Assembly (NCBI GenBank): GCA_000004985.1
Contig: GG738870.1
Source of the DNA: Naegleria gruberi
Lineage: Eukaryota
DNA: 64,000 nucleotides
Strand: one strand, 5' to 3'
The position numbers were made by a program, and so were the translations under genes. The notes beneath the pieces were generated by a model. It saw only the letters and a list, made by a program, of their open reading frames with translations, was not told the origin of the DNA and did no database searches. Shown piece by piece: positions 10,501 to 21,944 of the stretch (within the stretch, counting starts at the first letter, position 1; each line of letters opens with the position of its first letter).

Positions 10501-11506
10501 AAAGCAAGAGAAAGTCTATCTGAAAGACTTGAGAAGTGCACTTCGTGAAATTATAACTAGAATTATGGCAAATAAGGTATATACAGTATTTTTGAAACCT
10601 TCAAATGAGGAGCAAAGAAAGTTAATTCCTGATTCATCCAATGAGGAAGATGTTAAAATTTATCTAGTTGATATTTTATTTAAATTGGAAGCTAAGAAGT
10701 ATAATACAGTTAAAGAATTCGCAAAAGACATTGAAAAGATTGTTAGAAACGCAGAATCCTACATAAAACAACCAGCTAAGTATATTGATAGACTTACAGT
10801 GAAGAGTAAGGGTAATGCTCTTTATGACTCTGTAAGACAAGCAATCAAATTACAAATTTCAGAAGAATTAGCCAGAAAATGTAAACATATTGCCAAGAGA
10901 AGGATGTTACACGCACCTCAACATCAAGATTCAGATGAGGGAACAGAAGAGGTAACAGAAGTTGGACCAGGAACAAAGGAAAAAGATCCAATAATTATTG
11001 ATGAACAAATGACAGATGCCCCAGCAGAAGGAGGAGAACCAAATGACAAACAAATGGATATTAGTGATCCAGTAGTATCTACTATTGAAACAACACCAGT
11101 TACCACCACTACTACTGACTCTAATCCTTCAACTAGTAATAGCATTGAGAATACATGTGTGCTCACAACAACAGCACCACCTGTTGCCGAGTATCACACT
11201 CCTGAAGCAGAACAACAGACTATTGCTCTACTTCCTCCTATTGCAACATCATCAGTAGCACTTGAAATCCCAATTATTGTTGAGGAAGAAGTAGAACAAC
11301 CAGAAGTACCAGTTTGTGTCGACCACGATCGTATGAATAATTGGTTTGACAACCTTATCGCTCTCACTGAAAGTACCTCTCTAGAGGCACTCGACAAGGT
11401 CTTCAGTGTAGTATACAAGAGCATCTATCGATACAGATTTACAGCTGATAGAAACCCATTAATGGAAGAACTTGAACGTTATGGCCGAACATTTGAAAAA
11501 AAATAA
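7556..11506 (+). CDS. ATAD2/Yta7-like AAA+ ATPase with degenerate bromodomain, 3 exons (7556..7663, 7713..8984, 9032..11506)
   Basis: Exon 1 (MPYNTRHH...poly-E) ends at a GTAGGT donor at 7664. Exon 2 runs in frame from 7713 (acceptor AG at 7711..7712) through an acidic region to the Walker A start IFYGPPGT, with a GTAAGT donor at 8985. Exon 3 resumes at 9032 with GKTLVARALAS... It continues through the AAA D1 box (IFFDEIDGLAP, SRGQVVVIGATNR), a degenerate D2 (LIHGQKGMGQNL) and a bromodomain-like VFLKPSNEE...YLVDILFKLEAKKYNTVKEFAKDIEKIVRNAESY. Total length is 3855 nt, or 1285 codons. Confidence 0.7.
7621..7651 (+). repeat. (GAA)n coding microsatellite (poly-Glu) in ATAD2-like exon 1
   Basis: gaagaggaagaagaagaagaagaagaagc encodes E11. 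The antisense poly-Ser ORF 7576..7791 is an artefact of this repeat. Confidence 0.7.
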
Positions 11507-11645
11507 AACACCCTTAACGACCACTTTACCTCTCCCCTATTAATTTTACTGTAAATTTAAAATTTTGAGAGAGAAATAGAGAACATCAACAACAACTTGC
11601 TCGGAATAGATTATCATCATCATAGATACTTAATCTGCTTGGGAA

Positions 11646-12695
11646 ATGGCTGTAACAGGAAAACCATCAAGCAGCTCTTCACGGAGGACTAATAGTGCAC
11701 CTAAACCAACATCAATATTAAGCAGGAAGGATGTTGAAATTAATAGTAAATACAAAAGAGAACCAACTTTTGTAGATTTGTATCATCAACAAGGTATGTT
11801 TCTCCAAGTCCGAAAATAAGATCTTATACTTTCTCAAATAGCAAGAGATGCAAAGCTCTACTATCATCAACACGGAAATAGAAATGTTCAGCTGGACTAT
11901 ACGCCCAATAATAGTTTTGTTGAAAAAAGGGAACCTCACTTTGTGGATTACACAAAAAAGGGACAATATTTCAATAGATTATCGACATTAATTAATGATC
12001 AACCATCCTCTTTAGATTATACTCCAAATTATTCATATCTTCATGAACGAGTAAAGGGAGGTATAAATATGAGAAAGTCAACAGATAGAGAAACTCATTT
12101 TCATAATATTAATGAAGGGAAGAAACAACAAACAAAAGCAGTAGCATATGTAACACCAAAATCATCCTTAATAGACGATCAACAAAATAAGTTTGTTAAA
12201 AGATCTACAAATATTTATCAAGGAAAAGAATCTCATCCACCTGATTTTTTCAGAACTACCTCAAGAAAAGAAGAAAAGAAGCCAGACACTTCGAACACTA
12301 ATTATACGCCGTCATATTCTTTAACAACAAGCAGAACAACCCACTATTACGATTTTGAAAAGACAACAGACAGAGAAAAAGCAAAGACATCATGGATACC
12401 TTCAAGGTCTCAATTGGGTAAACATTACGATGTTGCTTATGATGTTGTTGAAATACCTTCCAAAAACTATGTAAATATGAAACGATCAGCTGGTAGAACT
12501 GCTCCTAAAAAAGGAGTAACAGTGGATTTATCTTATACTCCTATTCACAAATTAACAGAGAAGAATTTGGGATGGTCAACTGATTTATTCTTATCTACTG
12601 GAAGGGCTGATGATGTAAAAGCGATAACACAGAGTGCAGATAACTTGGTAAGAAGAGTAAGAGGAGAATTAAGAAAATTTAATAATTCGGAATAA
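11646..12695 (+). CDS. repeat protein with (D)YTP / REPxFVDY motifs, possibly an axonemal microtubule-associated protein, 2 exons (11646..11793, 11842..12695)
   Basis: The ATG at 11646 gives MAVTGKPSS...REPTFVDLYHQQ. A GTATGT donor lies at 11794 and an atAG acceptor ends at 11841. Phase 1 joins the 11943..12695 frame. The product carries repeated motifs DYTPNNSF, DYTPNYSY, NYTPSYSL, SYTPIHKL and REPHFVDYTKKGQYF. Confidence 0.45.
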
Positions 12696-12701
12696 ACTCA
12701 T

Positions 12702-15248
12702 TTAATTCTTTCGTTTATAGAAGTAGAGGTAGCCCATATCGAAAGGTGTGTTTTCACTTTGTAAAACTTTGCTATCATTAAACAAAACCCATCTCTTTTC
12801 ACCATTTCCAACATCCTTCTTGAGATGGCAAACATAGTGACCACATGAAGTATTTGAACCCATATGACTAATGAAACCAACAAGTTCATACTTTCCACTT
12901 CCATCCAAATACTCTTCTTCTTTCTTTTCAGCTGGTTTTTCATTAGAAGCTTCATTAAGATAACTGTCCATATCATCCATATGACTGAAGAGCCATTCAG
13001 CAGCTCTTTCAATATTGTTTTGAGTTTGCTTTAAAGCAACAACAGCATGAGTGGAAGGGAAACCAAGATTAGCTAGTGATTCAATGGCATCAGCAGAAGG
13101 AGCATTTCCTGATGAGCTCTTTTCTTGTTTAGCTTCAGGAAGTGGATTATCAATTTCAGGATCATCACAATGCTCAAATACCCATTCCATAGCCTCATTG
13201 ACACCCTTATTGTTGGATTTCCAAGCACCTCTCTTAGCTCTATTTTCTGGAATTCCCATTTCTACCAAAGATTGAACGATTTGCATATCAACAAAAATGG
13301 ATTCTGTCTTCTTTTCATCACTTGGAAGTTCTTGTTCATTTGGTTTAAGTCCAGTTCCTCTGAGATGAGTAATATCAATCTCTTCAGCATCAGTAATAAA
13401 TACATCCAATTTCTTTGGAACCCATCCATCTAAAATAAACTTTCTTACTTGAACAGCCAAATATTGTGGGAAAGTTGCAAGACTAGTTTGTTTCAAGCCA
13501 ATAGTATTTCTTCCAAGGGCAGAGCTATAGAAATGATCAACAGGTTCTGTCTCAGCAAAGGCTTCAATACACTTAGACATTGGAATCATTGGTCTAATTT
13601 GTTGTTTCTTTTCAGTACTTGTACTCAAAGGCTTGCTGTTTATATTCTCAGCCAATTTGAGTTCTTTTTCTATTCTTTCTCTTTCCTTCTCTTGTTTACA
13701 GAACTCTTCATATTCTGCCTTATTGGTTGCTTCAGAAAGTGGAACTGGGAGTGAAATCAAATTATCCTTTCTGTAAGTATATTTAACCTTAGATGTTTCT
13801 GAGCATTCAATTCTTTCTTCCACATTGTAATTGAAAATACTATTTACAGAGTCTGTACAGTTAATTCTCTTGTCTTCTCTTTCGATTAATTGGAGTAAGT
13901 GTTGGTAAAATTCTACAGCATCTTGTTGTCTCATAGTGCTGAACTCTGGATGGCCCTTTCCAACAACATTCTTGAATGATCTTGGTGGAATACCTTCTTG
14001 GAATGAATCGACGTGCTCTTCTGACTTGGAATAATCTCCAGAAAGTAATCCATTAGCGAGTTTTGCCATTTGAAGAGAGAAAGTATCCAATGAACTAGAT
14101 CCTGTATAACAAGACAATTCCTTATCGTGATATCTTTCTTGAACTTCTGGGAATGAGAAAAGAGTTTGCATGACACTAGCCAAATAGCAAGAATTACCAA
14201 TGTTCTTCAAACCAGTAAAACCTGGCCCATACATTGGTTGCAAATGCTTATCAGATTCTTGAATTCTAGTAAAATCAAAGTTCAAATTTTGGTCCAATTC
14301 CATTTCAGCCATAGTTTTAGTTGTTTTCTTCATTTCTCTGATATTAATTCCAAAATATTCCAAATGTTCAACAAGCTTGGAATCCTTAACCATCTTATCT
14401 TCAGCATATGAATATACGTCAGCCTTTGGTTCTCCGTTATCATCCAATTGAATAGTTCCCAATTTGACACAAACAGGGAATCCAGTCTTTTGATAATGTT
14501 CAACAGCATGATTATTACCACCAGTACCATCCCAGAATTTTCTACCACATCCAATATGACCGTCAGAAAGATTCAACCAAAGATTATCTGTGATATCACA
14601 CTCAGCACACTTCCATCCATGAGCTGGGACTTTAATATTTCCAATTTGTTTAAGCTCCATAGTATGTTTAGATTCAGTTAACTCTTCACCTTCCCATTTG
14701 AGAACTTCTTGTTTACGTTCTGCAGATTGGTTTTCCAAAATACCTTTAATTGAAAGTTTAACTTTCTCAGGTAAATCATTATTTGGTAATGGTATTACAA
14801 CATTATTTGGTTCTAATAATACAAGTGACAACAATTCATCATAAAGTTTTTCGTCATTTTCTTCCTCTTCTTTGATTTGGAATCCTCCTTCAACACCAAT
14901 AGCCATTTTGGTTGGTTGATCTTCAGATTTTTCTTCAATAGGCTTTTCCTTCTTGATCTTTTTAATATTCAAGAATACAGTATTACCAGTTAATTGATGA
15001 TGTCTTCTTGTGTACTTTGGAGAGAAAGCCAAGAATGTATTCAAACAAACATTGATTCCTCCTTCCGATTTCTAATGATCAAACCAATAAAAGTTACTTT
15101 TATACACAAGTTTAAAAACAAATATACTTACTGGTGAATCAAAAGAAAGACAACATTCTTCCTTATGAATTGGAGTATGACTAGTTGGAATATTGATCCT
15201 GCTAAAATCAAACTTTAAAGAAGAAACATCAACGTGGGATTGAGACAT
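12702..15248 (-). CDS. USP5: ubiquitin carboxyl-terminal hydrolase 5 / isopeptidase T (UBP14-like), 2 exons (15248..15132, 15071..12702)
   Basis: Exon 1 gives MSQSHVDVSSLKFDFSRINIPTSHTPIHKEECCLSFDSP. This matches the human USP5 N-terminus [34 protein letters not shown] donor and a cattAG acceptor flank a 60-nt intron. Exon 2 (KSEGGINVCLNTFLAF...) holds the ZnF-UBP (GWKCAECD), the Cys box GLKNIGNSCYLASVMQ, two UBA domains and the His box YELVGFISHMGSNTSCGHYVCH. Total length is 2487 nt, or 829 codons. Confidence 0.85.
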
Positions 15249-15439
15249 TTTTTTTGTTCTAAATTTAATTTTATGGTTCCTCTCACTTGTAATGATCAGT
15301 CTTTGTTATCCAGATGTTCAATTGCTATTTGTAAGAAGTTCTTGTTTTTCGGGTTCAACATCACACAAGAAGGCTTTTTTTCATCATCACTTGCATCAAA
15401 TATAAACATAAATAAATTTTAATTAATTTTATTAAAAAA

Positions 15440-17533
15440 ATGAGTACACTTTATCAACAGGTACCAAAATATATTATTCAAGATGAATTGACGAATATTG
15501 TTCAGAAGAGAGAGGAAAAATATATTGGAGGGAAAATTGGGAACGATGTTATTCCAAGACACTTGACAATATGTAATCAATCTAGAGAATGTATTTATTT
15601 TTCTGAGCAATCGGAAACACTTTATTATATTGATGCTCGTCAATCAACTATGAAAAATATTAAACATGCTAAAATACAAAAGGTAATTAATTTGGAATGG
15701 GAATTTATTAATAATAATTAAATAGATCCTAAAGACTGATTTGATTTTAAGAAATATTAAACAAATTAGTTATAATAGCAGTGGAAATAGATTATTAGTA
15801 ATTAGTGACTTTGATATTAATGTTATTTCTATTCCAGAATATAAATCTGGTGATTCCGAATCGGTTAACACAACAATAGAATTTTCTCTTTCTTTATTAG
15901 AACACTCTAGTCAAAATGTAAAAGTTTCTTGGCATCCACTCAGTAATGATCATATTGTTGCTCTTGATAGTGATTCAATTTTAAGAATTATTCAAGTTAG
16001 TTCTGGTAAAATTGAAGAAATACCTCTCTTAGAAAAGACAAAAGATTCTGTTGCATCATTTTCATTTGGATCTAAGAAATTATGGGAACGTTTTACCATT
16101 TACCTTACAACAACGACACAAGCATTATTTGCTCTATGCCCAATTATTCCAAGTGGATGTGTTGTTTCGGAAAAATTCTTAGCTGATATTGTTAACAGTA
16201 CCTATAGTTTTGAAATGGAATCGGTCAAACATTTTTTTAGTGGAATTATTTCAAATGTATCTGATGATGAAGAGAATAGAGAAGTAACCTTAAAAACATC
16301 CACAAAGGAAAATCATGCATTCAAAAACAGGATAATTCCAATCCACAATAAGAAAGTATCGAATTTAGATATAGCAGATATGATTACAATTAATCAAAAT
16401 TCCAATTTACCATCATGTCTAGTAACTGTAAACACAAGTGGAGTTATTCATCTTTTTGTAATTACTGACAATATTAGACCTGTATGGAAAAAAAAGTCAT
16501 TCGATGTAAACGTATCACCACAAGTTATTGAAGCTAGTTGTATACAAGAGGTTTTAACAGGAGATAAAATGAATAGCTCACTGCCTCCTTATTTAACTTT
16601 ACATCCATTATCTATTGAGACAGTTTATTGCGTTCATGAAAGAGGTGCTAATGAAATTACTTTCCCATTTATTTCTACTATGTTTACAGAAAAAATTGCT
16701 GCTATCCAATTTGAGAAAACCGTCTCTTGCCCTTTATTTATTTCTACTGAACTGTATGTACAATTTTATCATATTTCAACTTATTATTGTTTAGTGTTGA
16801 GCCTCCTAAAGCCTTTGATATTTTACACGACATTTTATATGGTACCACAATCTTCTATATTGAGAATAAGAACCAACGTGTGTTAATTTCCTCTGCAAAT
16901 ATTCCTGTTATATATGACAATGAAGAAAGTTGTACTTCAGTCTATAATTCTGATTTCTCCAATGCACTTGATAATATTGTCAACAATCTTCACAAACCAG
17001 TCCAAATTAATAAGGGTTGGAATAAGCTTGAACTTCCATTTATTCAAATTTCTGAAAATACAGCTGTTGCTGACGAACTCATCAGCTTTACCCTCCAAAA
17101 GTTGAAAAAGATGGCAGAAACTCAGAATAGACATCAACAATCACTCGAAAAGTTGACTGTGATGGATACTCAAATGAGACAAACTCAGAATAATATCGAT
17201 GACAAATGTAAGAAATTATATGACAAACACAAAGAATTGCATGATAGAATCAAAAGAATCTATGAGCTTGTTTTCGTAAGAGAGCTCAATAAGGAAGAAA
17301 AACAATTTATCAAGGATATTAGAGAAAAAGATAAGATTATCAGTGCTTACAAACAAAAGTTAGAAAACACTAGACAAGTTTTAGAAAATTATAAGGATAA
17401 ACCAATCAATACCAACCAAGAAAGCAATAACTACACTCCTGAAATAATGGAAAAGATTACCACTTATATGGATAAGACATCAAGGATAATTGAGGCTACA
17501 AGAGAAGAATTACTTTCAATAAAGCAAAAATAA
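15440..17533 (+). CDS. nucleoporin Nup88-like (beta-propeller N-terminus plus coiled-coil C-terminus), 3 exons (15440..15682, 15726..16753, 16795..17533)
   Basis: The track's three adjacent plus ORFs join in frame. The first intron is GTAATT...atAG and the second is GTATGT...ttAG. The stretch SWHPLSNDHIVALDSDSILRI resembles Nup88 [22 protein letters not shown]. The C-terminal heptad coiled coil (KLTVMDTQMRQTQNNIDDKCKKLYDKHKELHDRIKRIYELV) fits Nup88/Nup82. Total length is 2010 nt, or 670 codons. Confidence 0.5.
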
Positions 17534-17534
17534 G

Positions 17535-19406
17535 TTATTCATTTTTCTTTTGCAGAATTGTGTCACCTAAACGAACTTTTTGTCCTTTGTGAAGATTGAA
17601 TTCTAAGCGATCTTCTTCATTGCTTTCAAAAATGAGGATAATGGTTGAACCAAGTTTGAAATAACCTAATTCTTCACCCTTCTCTATCGAAAGACCTCCT
17701 TGAACATAATTTCTTGACAAAACAACAACTTCTTCACCTTGTTCTGGATCCTTGATGTGCTCTTCCTTTGTCTTCTTATCTACAAGTTCAACCTTTTCAG
17801 TTTGAGTTGGTTGGGCTGGTTGAGATGGTTTGGTCTTCTTCTTTCTTGGTCTCTTTACATTGGTTCTCAAAGAATTATCAAAGTTTACAACACATGACCC
17901 CACATTCAAAGCACCAACAATAACATAATGCATGTTACCATAATCCCATTTACCATTAAGAACAACTCTTTCATTTTGTGTGTACAAATTAGGATACTTG
18001 TTCAAATAGAGAGGCATGACAGGATAAAGTTTACCATAAATATGTTTTCTTGACTCTACAGTCATATCACAAGGGCTGTGGAATCTGTGATAATCACCAG
18101 GAGCCAAATATAATACACAATAATGTAATTGTTTCTTTTGCTTTGTGTTTTGATTGTTGTTCGATACAGCAGCTTGATCATGTTCCGAATATTCTTCTCC
18201 AATAGTAATTTCTTCATCTTGTTGTGGTTGATATCCATTACGCTTTGAAAATACAGAAAAGTGATTGTTAAATGTAATGTTTTGTGACTTTTCCTTTTGT
18301 AATAATTGTTGCATTGAATAAGTTACACCTTTAACTTGTGGAAGGTAAATATGTTCATAGGTTTCATCCAATTGGTCAAGTTCAACAGATAATGTACCAA
18401 ATCTTGCAACTGTACCATCGACAGGAGAAACCATTAGTGATCTTTGATATTCACGTTCAATATCATTCAAGTCAGCATTTTCATCGAGATGGATCTTTCT
18501 CAGAATCTTTCTCTTGTGTTGAACACTGAGTGAAGGTCTTGTTGTTGGTTTTAATTTTCTTGAGAAAAAGTCTTGAAGACTGGCATATTCTTCTAACGGC
18601 TTTTCAATCTCTTCCATATTTACATTATAAAACCAACCATAGGCATTATATACCAATGGTCTAAGTATTTCTGGACGAAGTTCTGTGCTTCCGATATTAC
18701 CCCAACATCTTGATATAAAGTTTGTTGGAATAGCCTTTGATAATAATTGTAAAAAGGTTTGCTTTTCTGGTTGTTGGTGTAATTGTTTTTGTTCCTCCAA
18801 GTCTACTAAAAAGTCATCATTGATATCGGTCATGTCAAGATAATTAAAGAAGGATCCTAGTATTAGTAGTATGGTGGATGTTGTTGCGGCACCCAACAAG
18901 AAATATTTGAAGAATTTTTTTATGTAACCTTTTTTCTTCTTCTTTGGAGGTTCTTGGTTGTTCGATGAGTTATTATTACCACCCCTGTTATTGGTGCTGC
19001 TACTGGATGATGATTTTTCATCACCTGTTGTTGTTGTAGTGCTAGTAGTAGAAGTTGTAGAAGATGGATTGATTCCTGTGGAAGTATTGTTATTATTAGA
19101 GGTAGACATGACAGGAATTGAATGATGATATAATCTTTTAGAATTAATAGAAATCATCGGATTATTTAAATTCATAGATGACACTGAATGATTTAGACTT
19201 GTTGAAAAACATCTCCAACTTTGATTTAAATTACTAGTGTTATTATTAATAATAGAATTAGAAGCAGTAAAACCAGATGAAATGATATTACTACCAACAA
19301 TATTGACAATAGGATTACTCGAGGAATTTGATGAATTGATGAAGGAAGCCGAGTGCAAGCTCTTCTTGATAAGTTGAGCCTTCTTTAATGCAAAACACTG
19401 CTTCAT
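17535..19406 (-). CDS. psd: phosphatidylserine decarboxylase proenzyme
   Basis: The 623-aa ORF carries the PSD hallmarks YHRFHSPCDMTV and the autocleavage site FKLGSTIILIFE (LGST). The N-terminus is long, S/N/T-rich and low-complexity, with a hydrophobic segment. Confidence 0.8.
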   Translation of the reverse strand: MKQCFALKKAQLIKKSLHSASFINSSNSSSNPIVNIVGSNIISSGFTASNSIINNNTSNLNQSWRCFSTSLNHSVSSMNLNNPMISINSKRLYHHSIPVMSTSNNNNTSTGINPSSTTSTTSTTTTTGDEKSSSSSSTNNRGGNNNSSNNQEPPKKKKKGYIKKFFKYFLLGAATTSTILLILGSFFNYLDMTDINDDFLVDLEEQKQLHQQPEKQTFLQLLSKAIPTNFISRCWGNIGSTELRPEILRPLVYNAYGWFYNVNMEEIEKPLEEYASLQDFFSRKLKPTTRPSLSVQHKRKILRKIHLDENADLNDIEREYQRSLMVSPVDGTVARFGTLSVELDQLDETYEHIYLPQVKGVTYSMQQLLQKEKSQNITFNNHFSVFSKRNGYQPQQDEEITIGEEYSEHDQAAVSNNNQNTKQKKQLHYCVLYLAPGDYHRFHSPCDMTVESRKHIYGKLYPVMPLYLNKYPNLYTQNERVVLNGKWDYGNMHYVIVGALNVGSCVVNFDNSLRTNVKRPRKKKTKPSQPAQPTQTEKVELVDKKTKEEHIKDPEQGEEVVVLSRNYVQGGLSIEKGEELGYFKLGSTIILIFESNEEDRLEFNLHKGQKVRLGDTILQKKNE

Positions 19407-19506
19407 TTTTTATGTCAACACTTTTCACAATGCCCACCAACACATTCAATCGATTGGATAACACATTGAAATAAGATTAAAAAAAATAATAAGGATAATA
19501 AATTAT

Positions 19507-20169
19507 TTAAAAGAAATCATCCAAATCTTTAGATTCTTCAACTTCGTCACCACCATCTCCGAAAAAGTCATCATTATAGTTGCTATGGGCTTTCTTCTTA
19601 TTATTACTGGAGAAGAGTGAATCATACGATTTGGCTTCAGCTTCCTTCTTTCTTCTTTCTAATTCTTCCTTTTCCTTCTTTGCTCTTTCTTTTGATTCAC
19701 GTTTTTGCATTTCTCTGAAATTCTTGTCTCTTTGCATCTTTTCCTTTTCAAAATCTACTTGTTTTTCAACTTGAGTCTTGTTTAATCTGTTACAGATTTC
19801 CTTATTCTTTTGAATGACAACGTGACGAACAGCCTTTCTGTCAAAGAATCCAACTTCACCAGTGTCCATGTCACCTGTTTTTTTAAGATTTGAAGCCATT
19901 GTATAAACTACTTTGACTTGTGGTTCCTTTTTACCTTGAATTGAATTGTATTTTGTAAGTTGAGACAAGTCTTCAATAACTTCCTTCGGAATATCGTTGA
20001 TTGTCTGTCCTGTATGTAAACGTAAATAAACGTGAGCAGAACTGAATCCGTCAACGTGGAACCAGACATCTTCTGGGAATGAATACTTGATGAGATCTTC
20101 ATTTTCAAACTTGTCTCTACCCATGTAAACTACATAGGAAGGATCAATACAGGTAAAGTAAAAGACCAT
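19507..20169 (-). CDS. CCDC25 homolog (NFACT-R / DUF814 domain)
   Basis: MVFYFT...[37 protein letters not shown]...[18 protein letters not shown] aligns almost colinearly with human CCDC25 (MVFYFTSS...[37 protein letters not shown]). Confidence 0.8.
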   Translation of the reverse strand: [220 protein letters not shown]

Positions 20170-20217
20170 TTTTTTTTAAATTTCAAAATTTAATTAATTG
20201 ATGAATTTAAATTTAGA

Positions 20218-21885
20218 TTAATGTTTATTTTCTAATTTTTGTTCCAAAGCTTGAATTCTTTCTAAACAAAATTCAATCAATTGGTCTTGTCTTTGAATGG
20301 TTTCTTCCAAGTTTTCAACTTTCTTATTTAAAATTTTGATAATTTCAGAGTTGACAGCTGTGGAATTCTCAACATTAATTGTTTGATCCAAATGTTTTCT
20401 TTCAATTGAGTGAATAATATCTTCATCTTTAGCTAAATCTATTGGTGTTTTACCTTGAGCATTTTTCAATTGAATATTTGCACCAGCGTCAAGTAAAGCA
20501 GTTGTAATTTTCTTCTTGAAATCGAGTTCTTCATCTGTCGTTGCTGGTAGAACTGCAATATGAAGAGCAGAGTTGCCTTCTTTATCAACTGAGTTTACAA
20601 ATTCAGGAAACATTTTGACAATGAAATAAACAACTGATTCTCTCATATTTTCCACAGCAACATGTAGAGGTTGTCTATTCTTATTATCAACATTCTTTTC
20701 ATCAATATTAAGGGTAAACGGAGGATTTAACAACACTTTCAATAATTCTATCTGACCTCCAGCTGCAGCCCAATAAACACAAAATGATTTCTGAATATTA
20801 ATTCCCTTTGATTGGAAAAAAGAAACCATTTCCAAGTCTCCCAGATATGATGCAAGCGCTATAACATTCATGTTAACCTTTCCAAATTTCTTATGTTTGA
20901 ATTTTCTGTTCATATCAGCATTCTTGTTGATTAAGAAAAGAATCATTTCCTTTTGCTTATTCATGACAGCCTCACATAATGGGGTCCAGTTCTGATAATG
21001 AGTGGAGAAAAAACAAGCATCAATGTAAGCTCCTTTTTGCAACAGATAATTTACAAGTACAGATGAACCGTGGCGAACAGCAAGGTGAAGGGAAGTCTTT
21101 ATATTTGTTACTGAAATCAAAGAAACCAAAATACTTACTTCATGTTCACTCAATGGTTGTAAAATATCCACACCTAACATGTTCAATAATTTTAGATAAT
21201 CCAAATTACTATTAATGGCACATTTTATGACACAATTAAGGATCGTTTCTTTAAATTCTTTTGCAACAATCCAAGCATCAAAATTATCTGCCTTCTCAAT
21301 GGCATTAGCAACAAAGTATTCACTAATATAACTATCGTACAAAATATTAATACAATCATAAAGATTAGTGTGACAGACCATGTAGTGAAAAGGAGCTGTA
21401 ATCATGTTATCGTTAATGAACAATGAATAAAACATACTCAGTCCATTTGAATCTTTAAGCTTCAAAAACTCATCCAAAAATTTCAATTCTTTCATCTTCT
21501 CAAACACAAAGCTCCCGTTAGAAAAATCAAGGTCATTTGAACCTTTATGTTTGAAACCATATTGAATGGCCAAGTGAAGACAATTTCTATTCTCCAAACA
21601 AAGATGAGGTCCTTTTAATTGACTTGCATTGGAAGTTGTAAATAACAGTTTTAGTCTGGAAACGGAACCTTCTTTCAATGAAAACACAAACTCTTTCAAT
21701 ACATCCGATTCAAAAGTTTTTGATTTTATATCTTCCATTATGCTTGCATTCCTCTTTCTTCCTAATTCCTTTTCACTCTCGTCTTTGACATGAAGACCTT
21801 CATTCATCTTCATGATTGTATTTTTCCTTAATACACTTTGCCTCCTTGAAGGAGAAATAGGAAGCTGAGGTAATGGCTTGCTCAT
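20218..21885 (-). CDS. ankyrin-repeat protein with C-terminal coiled coil
   Basis: The 555-aa ORF has several ANK repeats (LHLAVRHGSSVLVNYLLQKGAYID; PLHVAVENMRESVVYFIVKMF; GNSALHIAV...LLDAGANIQLKNAQGKTPIDLA). The tail is a heptad coiled coil. Confidence 0.55.
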   Translation of the reverse strand: MSKPLPQLPISPSRRQSVLRKNTIMKMNEGLHVKDESEKELGRKRNASIMEDIKSKTFESDVLKEFVFSLKEGSVSRLKLLFTTSNASQLKGPHLCLENRNCLHLAIQYGFKHKGSNDLDFSNGSFVFEKMKELKFLDEFLKLKDSNGLSMFYSLFINDNMITAPFHYMVCHTNLYDCINILYDSYISEYFVANAIEKADNFDAWIVAKEFKETILNCVIKCAINSNLDYLKLLNMLGVDILQPLSEHEVSILVSLISVTNIKTSLHLAVRHGSSVLVNYLLQKGAYIDACFFSTHYQNWTPLCEAVMNKQKEMILFLINKNADMNRKFKHKKFGKVNMNVIALASYLGDLEMVSFFQSKGINIQKSFCVYWAAAGGQIELLKVLLNPPFTLNIDEKNVDNKNRQPLHVAVENMRESVVYFIVKMFPEFVNSVDKEGNSALHIAVLPATTDEELDFKKKITTALLDAGANIQLKNAQGKTPIDLAKDEDIIHSIERKHLDQTINVENSTAVNSEIIKILNKKVENLEETIQRQDQLIEFCLERIQALEQKLENKH

Positions 21886-21944
21886 TTTTTTAATAAGACA
21901 CTATGCTACTGGGATGTGTTATCATTACAGCAATATTAATAAAA

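Noticed and set aside
9736-10523. Several 65–101 aa ORFs within ATAD2-like exon 3 on both strands
   Set aside because: They are embedded or antisense within a long conserved CDS.
12698-14681. Multiple short ORFs on the plus strand and in alternative minus frames across USP5
   Set aside because: They lie inside a strongly supported 2.4-kb USP5 exon.
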